A DNA stretch of 64,000 nt from positions 4,825 to 68,824 of the forward strand of contig JAFGCB010000023.1 in NCBI GenBank assembly GCA_016932855.1, written 5' to 3'. Source of the stretch: Candidatus Omnitrophota bacterium. Its GTDB lineage: Bacteria > Omnitrophota > Gorgyraeia > Duberdicusellales > Duberdicusellaceae. The notes under the pieces were generated by a model. That model was given only the letters and a program-made list of their open reading frames with translations. It had not been told where the DNA came from and did no database searches. Below, piece after piece: positions 44,001 through 56,000 of this stretch. Position numbers and translations under genes: made by a program. Positions within the stretch are counted from its first letter, which is position 1, and each line of letters opens with the position of its first letter.

Positions 44001-47000
44001 GAATTAGTAATAAAATCTGCATGCCGATTTTTTTTAAGAGGACTAGAAGATAAATTCCGTATTTGAGGAAGAATATTATTGAAGGAAAGTCTATTTTTAT
44101 CAAAAACATATATCCTCGTTATCGCACTTAAAGGAACGTCTTCTGCGGCCCTGTTGCAATCATCATACCAACCGGTTATTCTTCGCTTATCAAGCTTAAC
44201 GACAACAGATATAAAGTTTTCCGTTGGGTATTCTCCTTCCGGCTCAAAGGCATAGGGTAAAGCTTTTATCGGAGAAGGATCAGTATCTATAAACGGCCTT
44301 ACTGCATGGGCAGTTACCCTTGAAAGAAGTAATCCTACTTTGGCAACCTCAAGTAAGTCTTTAATCGTTATCCTCATTCCCCGGTATCTTATATCTTGGC
44401 CTGTTTCCATTGAAGCCACAAGGCCTTTTCTTACCTTAAGTGAATTGGGCGGATTAAAATATTCCATATCCCATAAAAGTCTTCTTAATTCTTTCTCATC
44501 AGAAAAAATGCTGTCTTTTAATAATACTGAGGCTGATTTTAAAGCCTTTCTTCTTTTTCCCAAAGGAGAGCTGCCAGATGATGAAGCGGGGATTTCCGGA
44601 TATCGATATGAAAGATGGCTGGGGTTTCTATTCCGGTCGTATTTTGTAGCCTTAACCTCATTCTTTATAGCTATTAAAACTAAATCCGGTGCCCTATCCA
44701 CAAAGAAAATTCCCTGCGTTACTACGCCCGGGGTTATCTTAAGCATCCGCGCTGTCTTGGCAGGATTTATTATCATCTTCCTTGAGAAATCGGCATCGAC
44801 AATAATCCTTCTTTCACGGTCGCCGGGCCTGAATATAGAGCTATCATCGTTTCTTCGTATAGACACCTTACCTGCCCCCATAATCTTTAACATAAACTTA
44901 ACCAGATAAAAATAAGGCTGTTTTACCTCAAAGGGCAAAGAAAACTTGCCGAGAAATTCTTTCGACTTTTTACTTTCAGCGATAATAATTATCTGCCCTT
45001 CATCCTTTACCGCCCGCATATTTGCCAATTCATCGGTAAGGGCTCCTCCGCCGCCTTTGATTGCGTAGCCGTGACTGTCAACTTCATCTGCTCCGTCTAC
45101 GATAATATCTATGCCCAAACCTTTCGCTTTAAGCTCTTCAAGCTCCATTATTTCAAATCCAAGGTTTCCAAGTAATTCTCTGGTCCTTGGCGAAGAAGAA
45201 ATAACAATGATACTGTCCTTTATATCGCCGCAGAATATGTCTAATTCTTCAATAAAATGATTCCAGACATTTGTCCCGCTTCCCGCACCTAAGATCAATT
45301 TCTCGTTTAAATTCTTCTTTTTTAGGGCGGCCTCAAAGACGAGCTCAGCGGCATACTGCGAGACAAGGCGTTTCTCCTGCTCATAGTCTGAGAATTTTAA
45401 AACCCTCTTTGTTCTCTGAAAAACACTTGTTGCGTCCAAGGGCGATGAAAAAGCCTGAAGAATTATGACATCTTTATTTACTTTGCGAATATAACTTTCG
45501 GGGTAAAGACGGCGGGTTGGAGTATCTGTAAGAAAAGAAGATAAAGCGGCCCGGACACGGCTGAGGGACCATCCAGCCACGGAAGAGGTTACCCTCGGGG
45601 AATGACCGCGTCCGAACCGATTCAATACTATATTAAGATTGTTTCTTAGAAAATTAGGCAAGGAATATTTAAAGAAGAGGCCCGGGAGCGCTGGAGTACC
45701 ACCAGCCACGGTGAGGCCACTCCGGGGAAAAACGCTCCCGAACCAATCTAATACTATTTTAAAACTATTATTAAAAAAAGCAAAAGGAAGAATGACTAGG
45801 GCAGGAAGGGCGAAAGGGATAGAAGAATCAATATTAATTTGAGGTGGACTGTTTATTGATAAAGAAAGCCACTCGGAAACCTGAGCAAGACTTGCTGCCG
45901 TAAGTCCAGTGCCTATCCGGTTGCCTCTGTTATGCAACATTTTTGTTTGAAACAAAAGTGTTGCATTAAAATCGCCGCCCAGAGGAGAACTGCCGGAATT
46001 ATCTTCCGTCGGCAAGAGATAATCCTCAAGCTCAGGCCAGTCTTTTAAACAATGTTCAAAGAAATCTACAAATCGATTGCTTTCCATTCTCTCTCCGAAG
46101 GGCCCAAGCCAAGATTTTTCCAGTAAATACTGAAAATAGGCGCCGTCAACATAACCTCTTCTTTTACTGCCTATCTCCTTATCTATACCTAATAATCTAA
46201 AAGTATTTCTTACATCGCCTCTTACGGCAATATCATGCAATAAAACCATAAGATAAGCGTTGATGCTGTCAATCTTTACTGATCTTTTCTTGTTAAGAAA
46301 TTCGGATATTTTTTCAGTAAATGCAGTATTGTCAAACAGGAAAAATAAAGGCCTTAGCAGAAGCTCAGACTCTGATAAAGCCTTCAAAATATGCGGATAG
46401 AAGTGGTACAAAGCCATAAAACAGGCGTATTCATAAGGCACTAAGTCGGCAAGAAGAACCGCCTGGATATGGTGGGTGTCACTGGCTTCATCATAACGTA
46501 TGGAAGGCTTATTTCTTTCAATCGAATCGATGACGATATTTGTCTTAAGCTCTTTCTTCAACTTCGGCCGCCTGGGGAAGTTCTTAACTCTTGTATCCGA
46601 TTGCAGGAACAAATTCCTCGAAAGAAAATCAAAAATTCCCTCAAGCCGTGCCTTAAGCTGACCCTGCGCAAACTCGCCAAGGCTTTTCAGGTTTTGATTA
46701 TCCTTAAACTGAAATCCCTCTTCTGTAATAATAGCTTCGCCCAAATCAACCGATTCAAATTTAACTACTTTTTCGAAGACAGCAAATTCTTTATCCTCAT
46801 AAACTCTATCAATTATCACAAAAGCCGTCCGGTCGATTCCATCGATGACTATCGTTATCGTGGGAGTAAAAATAATATCCGGGGTATGCTTAAAAACGCT
46901 GAGCATTGACGGCCAGCCGGTCTGTTTATCTAATTCAATCGAGACGGTGGGATTAATTATGCCTCCGTGGGGCTGGGAAAAATGACAGACTTCTATGGGA

Positions 47001-50000
47001 AGCAGCTGACCAGCCTTAGATTTTAAACCAATCTCTTTTATAAAGGCCGAGCGTAAGCTATCCCAGAATCCCTCGATAGCCGGCCATTTGTTGATAAACG
47101 AACGGCTAGGCTCCCAGCGGGCCCAGTCTATTATAGCCCTGTATCTACCGTTCTGGATCTCATCAAAAATTAAAGTATGATTTTTTAAAATCTTGAAAAT
47201 TCTCTCTTGGCAGCCATCGATGTTTTCCACCTCCGGCATAATACGAGAAATATTTACGGTAACAGCTATAAATTCAGTAAAGAAGCTACCCACAAATCTT
47301 TTATTAACCTCCTCCTTTACAAACCTCTCTGATTTTACTCCCGGGCCGAAGTGGAAAATCCAATGGCTGCGATCACGCTTCTTTATCTCGGAGCGCAAGT
47401 CATAGGCTATCGATTCTAGTCTTTCCTCAAACCTCCTTAATAACCACAAAGCGATTTTTTCTCCGTAGACAGAATCGTAGCTTAGGCCGTTTACAGGGTC
47501 TATGGAGACTATAAAATCTGAATTCCACCAGGGCATAAACTCCATCTTAACCGGAGAACTGGAAAAACCTTCAGAAATCGTGAATTTGTCGCGATTTTTG
47601 AGCAATCTTGATGCTATCCTTGAGACCGGACCGTCATTTTCAAGGTCAGCTCTGTATTTCAAGCTTACTTCCACAGGCGGAGCTGAAACAATATCAAGCA
47701 CCTGAACGGAAAAATTAAAGATATTATCGAGGCTACCTAAATCCCGGCCATGCTCAGCCATAATAAATATTCTCTGCAAGTAATCTTCAACCAGAAAGTT
47801 AATCCTGTCTATCTTTGTAACTTTCTCCATATCTGCCTTTTGGGTCCACCAGTTATAAAAGAAATCATAAGCCTCGCTGGAAGCCATCTCAGACAACTGA
47901 AGCAATATTTGCCTTACCTGCGCCAGCTCAGAAAATAAAGGCACAACTACTGACACAGCGACTCCCTTATTCTCTGCGGCAATTGGGGGCTTAAGAAACC
48001 CTAGCCGATTTTCAAAGCTTTGACTCCAGCCTTTAAGAAAAACCTCAAGGCCGTGAACAAGAAAAACTTTAGGCGACAATAAATCTGTCTTATATATTGC
48101 GCGGTATTCTTTCAATTCATAAGGAACAACTATACGCAAAGCCGGAGCTAAAACCGGGGAAAGAACTGATATACAACGGTAAAGTTTAGATTGCTTATCT
48201 GGATATCCCATGGAAATAAACTCTTTAAAGTCTACTGTAAGCATATTTAAGAAAGAATCTAGCCAGGCTCCTAGTTCTTTTGCGGACTTAACGCTATTAT
48301 CCTTTTCAAAAACCTGCTTAAGCCTTCCCGCCCAAAACGCGCCCAGAATATAAACTGCTCTTTGGGCTTCAAGCCCTGACACCAGTCTGGAACGCTCCTC
48401 CTCTTTCAATTCCGGCTTATCAAGAATAAACTGGATTATAGCCCTATGCCCAGCTGAAGTACCTTTTCCTTCAAAAATATTATTTGGGTATTCGCCGCTA
48501 AGGGTCGAGTTTAAATAATCTATATCGCCATTAATCTCTTCAACCGAATCATTATCTTGTAAAAATCTATAGACAGCCCGCATGCTCGACTCAAGAGACT
48601 TAAGAGGGGAGCTTATTTCTTTCCAGGTACCGGCTAATACATATACTTCCTTAATATAGTCTCTGGTGTGTTTGCCTGATTTTCTTCCTTGCAAAAGTTC
48701 CTCCATTAAATTCAGCACTTCCTCGGCTACCCTCTCGTCTTTAACTCCAACCACCTTAACATCTGCCCTAACCCCGTCAACCAAACAAAGCTCTATTAAA
48801 CTTACAATGTTACTCGGTGCTATTCTTATATATTTATCCGGGCCTGTCTCTGCGCGCTTAATCCAAATATCAGCATTGAGCTCGCTTTCGACCGTACCAG
48901 CAAAGTCCGTTATATATACGGCGTTTCCAGCGTGCTTTCCTTTTATATCTGCCTTTACAATAATCCTTCTACTGGCTTGAACCAAAGGCGAGCTGGTTGG
49001 CTGTTGCTTAATCGAAAAAACAGAAGCATCCCCTTTTTCTCTACCTTGCTTCATCGATGCTGTGGAGGAATTTTTTATTGTTATTATCCTTTCTTTGTTT
49101 ACCGGGCTTGAAGACTTCTTTTTCTCCACAAGATGGATAATGCCTCTTAGTCCGTTTATGCGCCAGTCGGGGTCTTCAGCAAACAGCTTATCCACCATAT
49201 TATCAGTAAGTCCGACAATAAGCTCAAACTTTAAGGTCCGCAAGGCCGCAAAGCTTGTCGGAAAATAATCGGCTAATTTTTCCAGCTTCTGGGTATAGGA
49301 CCAACACCTGTCACCTATAAGCTTGCGGTAATTAAGATCACCCTTTATTATAACCAGGTCTGATTGAGCCAAATCCTGCTTTAAAGGCCGGGGCATCATC
49401 CTGAAAGATAGCGGCCTTGTCCAGAATAATTCGTCCTTAAGAACAAGCTTATCTGTACGAATATATTCCCTTAAACGCCGGGCGAAATTCCTAGAAACAG
49501 GACTATCAAAGTATTCCAAGGCTTCCAAGAAGATGTAGACGTCTTTAACCAAAGCATCGGAAATAAACTGCGGCCTGTCCTTAAGATGTACGAAAACCTT
49601 TTCCACAAGCCTCAGTTTAAGAAGAAAATCAACCATGAATAAATCAAACATCAGTTCATGACCGAAATTATCGACTATAATATCAAGGCGTTTAATGCGG
49701 CCCGATACTAAAATCCGGGCAAGCCTCCAGGCATGGTTTTTAACCAAGTTCCTACTCCATGCCTTGGCTAGAATAAATCTCTTGGTTTTTTCTTCCATGT
49801 CTTTATCACTGCCGAAAATAAAGGAAGTGCTGCACAAATCAATACGGTTGCCCCAAAGCATGCAATTTACCAGATAAAAAGCGGCGTCAACGTCTTGTAT
49901 TCCCCTCTGAGAGGTAAGATTTTCGTAAGCATTGATAAAAATATTTATCGCACCTGTCTTACCCGGCAAAGTCTCTAATTTCCGCTTTTCAAAAGGATCT

Positions 50001-53000
50001 TTTTTATTCTGAAAATATCCTATGGCTTCGGCTACGCGTATAAAAAAATAATTCTCGGCAAAAAACGACGGTAAATCCCCCCAGCTTAAACCCCCAAAAA
50101 AACCGATAAATCCGTTCCATAACCGCCTATCAGGAATATCATGCATGAGAGGCTCGGGGTCCATCCCGCTCATTAGCTCTTTAAACAAGCGGCCCAAATT
50201 CCTGACCACGTCTCTAGGATATATATTGTCTATAACAATGGTTTCGATCATCGCAGGTAAATACTCAGTTACTATCTTTTTAGCAAAAGAGCCCGGCTCT
50301 GAACACATTATTAACGGTGGCTCTCCCATAGTATCATATGGCCAAACAGTTGCTTGACGGAAGTCCACAATCTCTTCCATTGACAGCAAAACCTTTTCAA
50401 AAGAAATAAGATTCTTAACATGTTTATAGCCTTTTTCTCTTATCTGCGTCTGGGTTATGTGATTGGATAAAGATATGAAAAGTGAATTCGCCTTTTCAGG
50501 ATCATGGCCTTGATAAGGAGAGATGAAGGCTGCCTGATAGAAAATAGCCCACCAGAGATTAGGAGAACCTCGTACGCTATTATGGCGGCGATAATATTCC
50601 ATGAATGTACGCAAGAAAGCATCATCTCTCGAATGTATGCCAAAAACTGTCTCAATTTGGGACTTAACAAATAAATTCCTGTAATCCTGCATGAATTTCG
50701 CAAGAAGCTTAGCAGCTACAACCTTATCTACCAAAAAGCTAAAAACTTCTTTTACAACCTCAAGATTTTCCGCACTTATAACCCCACCCTCTAAAATAAG
50801 GCTAACCTCATTAAGAGGCCCTAAAAGAATTGCAAACTCAGGCTCGTGAAAATAAAGGTAATCTCTGTGCTCGGGGTTTAAAAAATCCTCTTTAAGTATT
50901 TTCCTGGCAAGGAACCACTTATTGTTTTTTAGATTATGCAAAATTTTTGCCGCTTTTGTGATAAACTCTTCATTTCTATTATCAACGCTCTCCCGCAAGA
51001 CCGTAAGCCTTCCCCTCTGAAGACTTTCAACTATTGCCCTGCTTTGAACCATCCGCCTATCCAAAAATTTCCCGCTAAGCCTTAAAAGGCCTTTTGTCTG
51101 ATCTAACCGCCCAAGGCTTATCAATTCCCGGGCGTATTTAATAGTAGTCCTGGCCAGGCGTTTGTGCCTTATCCTTACCCTCTTTAGCTGCTTAACCAAG
51201 GAATCCAAGTCTTTTTCAATCGGCCCCGTTATGAACTGAATATCCCTAATATGGGTAAAAACTTCTTGGCAATCGCTAAGCCAGTTTATTTCCTTAAGTT
51301 CGCTGTCAATCTGATGGTCTACTGTTCTAAAAGCCTGCCATATACTTTGATAGGAAGCATATATATAGGTAAGCACCCAGGTGCCCCAAGGCTTAATCCA
51401 TTTGTAGCGCATCTGGCGCACTCGATACTGCCCGCTCCTTACGGCCACGCCCAAAAATCTAAATCTTTCCGAATCCCGGCTAACTTCAACTCTGTCATTT
51501 TCAGCATCAAGAGAAAATATTGCTGAAACCAATAGAGAATTGGTTACTGTTGCCGGAATAGCGTTAAGGCTTTTGTTCTCTTTAGCGGCAGTAATAAGGG
51601 CCGGTAGATTTTCCGGCTTAAGGGCTCTTTCCATTTGAACAACGACTTTATCGGGAATGGCTTTTTTATAACACTCGTCGTCTTCAATCCTATCTAGCTC
51701 ATCTTGAATTTTCCCGGCTAGGTTCTGAAGCATATTTCCTATTCTCCGCTGGGATTTTCCTCTTCTTTGCAGATAAGTCCGCTTAAAATCCAGGTAATAA
51801 ATCTTTAAGTTCCATTCCATAAGCAGTTCCTCAAGACGGCCAAGGCAGGCCAGACGTTTTAATGTTGAAACCGGGCTGGAAGATAACCCAGGCGTATCCA
51901 AGGAAGCCGGGCTTGAGAAGATAAAATTATTACCGAAACCGGATAAAGCCCTTCCGCTCATAAGCCCCACAAGGCTTAACTCTCTTATAAGCAACCCATA
52001 ACCGTAATCCAGGCTTCTATCCCATGTATCAAATAATTGACGTGTCCTCTCTTTTCCTTGGCTAAAAATCCTAAATCCATAACGGCTGACAATCCCGGTA
52101 TAAGTCTCAGGAAATGTCAGGACGTATTCTATATCTTCAAAAGGGTATCCCACGATAAACCCGCAAGCTTTAACCAAGTCAGGATTATTTACATCATCTT
52201 CATTTTCATCACACCACTGAAGAATATTGGTAATATTGTCTATCCCTTCGGGTTTATCGCCATTAGAGATTAAATCAAAGATTGAACTCCTAAGCCCTGA
52301 ATCGCTAATTCCGCTTTCCAACAAAAGATTACCTTCCTGCTTAAATTTCTCCGTAAGGCCTGGCAGAAAAACCGTAAATGAAGGAAGATAAAACAATAAC
52401 TCCAAATCTTTCTGCTCGTTTTGCAAAAGACCATGTTCATCGGTTAAAGGCGTTATATCAGGATCGTTATTTTTTTCATCCACGCACTGTATGTATCCCG
52501 GCTTTATGCCTAAGAAGACCGGAAGAACATCAGGATAAAGAATTAGCTGTTTTCTTTCTCTGTCAAGGCGGTTAAAGACTTGTTTTATGCTGTTCTGCCT
52601 CGACTGCGATATGCCCAGACTAATCCTCAACTCCTCCAGGTTTATTGGGCTGGAAGTCTTCGACTTGGGACTGCTTCCAGCCACAGGAAGGTTATTACGG
52701 GAAAAACCTCTGCCAAAACGATATGGCATAGCTTGCTTAAGAGGAGAAGAAGCTGTCTTCTGGATATCCTCTGAGGATAGAGATGATCCGGAATCAGGGG
52801 CAGGATTTTTTCTTCTGCCGGAAATTAGCTTTTGTATTAAATAAATAATACCCAAGGGCAAAGGCAAGAAAGAAAGGTCTGCTTTTGATGCCCGGCTAGA
52901 CTGTATGCTTTCACTTATAGCTTCTATGGTTTGTTTAAGAAATATACCGATCTGGCCGAGGCCTATAGCCTGAATTATATGGGCAGTAAGCATTGCGAAG

Positions 53001-56000
53001 AATATACTGTAATTTACCGCCAGAAAAAGGCGCCCTATATTTGTTTTTTTCTTTAAATAGATATAGGAAATCGCGGCACAAGTAAACCCTGTAATCACTA
53101 TCGGATTAAGGTCAGTCCAGTCGTAATGGTGAGGAATAGCAAAAAATCCGGTAAGGTATATAACCGTAGCCCAGAAACCTGCTGCCCAGTAATTAAACCA
53201 CTTCTTAAGCCGTTTAGTGAAAAACCTGGCTGTAAATACGAACAAAGGAATTGCTTTAAGAATAATAATTTCCCAGGTTTTAGCCTTAATACCGGCAACA
53301 GCCTCTTTTAGCCAGAGCAAACGGTCCTGCCTTATCTGGGGAGAATTTTCCTTTATGACCTCGATAGCCTGGTTTGAATTGTCAATATTTTGAATAATAA
53401 CATAAATCAGAAATCCTGCAACAGAAGCGAAGAAGACAAAACTAAAGAGGCGGCCTAAATTCCATTTAGTCTTCATCTTGAAGACCTGTTTTGCATTAGC
53501 CCGGGTTTTCTCATTAAGTAACTTCTTAGTCCCGGCCCTATACTCTAATTTCAACCTGACTTTATTAAAAAGTAGGCCTAAAAATCCTAATCCCAGCAAA
53601 GCCAAGGAAGACAAAACCAATGCCAGGCTGAAATTAAAAGATGGATAAATATTCGATAGGCCTATTGATCCGGCATATTTAGATAAATATAAGGCTATGC
53701 CTGCCAAGCCGATGGTGACAATAGAAATAATCTTGAGTTTACTTATCCCTTTATTAACCTCTTGGTTAGCTCTTTCTCCTTTCTTCTGGTGCCATTTAGC
53801 GTCATCTACCCCGGATCTTGTTTTGCGCAGAAACTCTTCGCTGCCGATCGCGAATCTTGCGTTTGCTTTTCCCCGGCGGAACAACCGCCAACACCAATAT
53901 AATAATAAAACTTCTGCCGGCCAAAGAGCATGTATGAACGCTGCCTTGGTTGCTATAGCCACTGCCAGCAAAACACTGCTGGCAAGAAGGACTATTACGC
54001 TTACTATTTTGATAGTTCCGTAGGCGCCTTCTGCCCAGGCTCTTTCTTTTCGCGAGGCATGCCTGAATCTGGCATTAATGTCATCATCTAAAGGCCATAA
54101 ATCTTTTGTCCTTACTCCGCCCACTGGACCTACCCTGGGAAAGACAAGAAGAAATCTTCTGCCCATGGTACCTTTACGCAGACCGAACTCTCTGCTCACA
54201 TTTTTCGTATGCTCTGACGTACGGCTGTTAAAGGCGAATTTACGCAGCAATAAGGCAAAACATACCCCCATAGTTAAGAGTGTATAGACAATATTACTCT
54301 GGATAAAAGCAACTATCGCAACAGGCAAACCAACATAGAGAACAGTCTGGCCCAAGACCCAGGCAATACCCCAGCTTCTATTGTCCCTAATCTCAATGGG
54401 GAACCGGCCGCCGCTAGTGTAATCACTGCGTTTTTTTGCCATATTTTCGGCATCCACGCTAATCCTTTTATTAAGCTTTCCCACAACCAAAGCAAGTAAG
54501 CTTAAGCCTCCTACTACTGTAGCCAATATCTTTGCTGCCTGAACAGCCCAAGATACCTTAATAGCATCAACCGCCGGCTGAACCTGGCTAATGCCTTCAG
54601 CAATACCTTCAGCCCCTCTAACCAGGGCCTCGGTTGATGTTTGCACCTCAGTGACCATCTTAGGGGATTCCAAACCGAAAATAAAATATAAAGCTGTTAA
54701 TATTCCCAGGCCCAAAATCACTATGCTTAATACCTTAAAGGCACTGGTAAAACCATCTCGTCTGCCGGCTTCTTCTCTGCCTTGAGATAAAGCATTAAGC
54801 GCGCCTACATCTCCTAGCCTCGCAGTCCTGCGCCAGGCTTCCTTAAGCCCAAGCTTCCTGAACAATTTTGCAATGGGGTCTAAAATCCCGAAAGTAACGC
54901 GCTTCTTAACAAAGCCCGCCTGGACCGAAACCGTACGCTTGAATATCCAGTTAATATATATGGAAAGAAGAAGAAATACTGTACCCAGGGCAATAAATCC
55001 GACCGGACTGGTTATAAAAGCTAAGAGTTTCTGCGGAGACTGAACGTGTAAGATTGCTAATCCCGATATAATCCCCAAAGTAAACAAGAAAGGTAAACCC
55101 GCAGGGTGCTTAAAGAACTTATACAGGTTAACAAATATCTTCTTAACGCAAAAATCAGAAAAACTTCCCAGGCCCTGCCTTAAGCTAGGAAGGCTTATCT
55201 GTACTTTGGGTATATTAATTGATGGCCGCGATGTTTTTGGTTTCCGGATTTTTGGAGCAGTATAGACCTGTTCTGTTTTAACTTTTACCACGGGAGTTTT
55301 CTTAATCTTTCTTGCAGAGACAGTTTTTTCTCTTGCCGGCTTATAAACTTTAGACTTCCGAGCTATATCAACTTTGTAATCTGAAGGTAAACTTATTATC
55401 AGCCTAAGACAGGTTTTAATCGATTCGATCTGGGCTGCGTAAGGCTGGCTGACCCCAAGGGTAATTTCTATCTCCAGCCCGGATTCTTCGAAAATCTTAC
55501 TTGTTCCTCTGAGCACGCCTTGGGCTTCCTTAAATACATCGCTTTCGTATATTGCCCAGGCAAGCTCTCCAAGCCTATTGGACAAATTGCGCCTTATTTC
55601 TATGGCATCTTTGCCCGAGGAAACTTTAAATAAAGAACTCTTCAAGGACATGAAACTGTCCCGGAAATCATCATAATCAGAATTATAAGAAAAACTTCCT
55701 TTATAAGACCTTTTACTAAGCTCAAGTAAAGGCATAAGATACCAGATAGCTTCCAACATGCTCTCTATGCGCCATAAGTCGGAAAATTCCGGACCCTGCC
55801 CCAGCTCAATGTTCCTAAAGTCAGCGGCTACTTTTTCGCTGCTAAAACTTATCTTAAAAAGAATGAATTCCGCAAGCTCCCGGTAAGAGCTGAAGACACG
55901 CAGATGAAAACAATCCTTTTCTCCAAACCGGCTGTATGCGCTTTCCTTAACTGTTAAGGATTTTAAAAGCCGCTCGCTCATCTGTCTGTTTAGCGAATCT

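Noticed and set aside
14452-49040. The ~50-80-bp nucleotide-identical repeats considered as a CRISPR array
   Set aside because: Copies are thousands of bp apart at irregular spacing and all are translated in-frame inside the ORF. There is no repeat-spacer periodicity.
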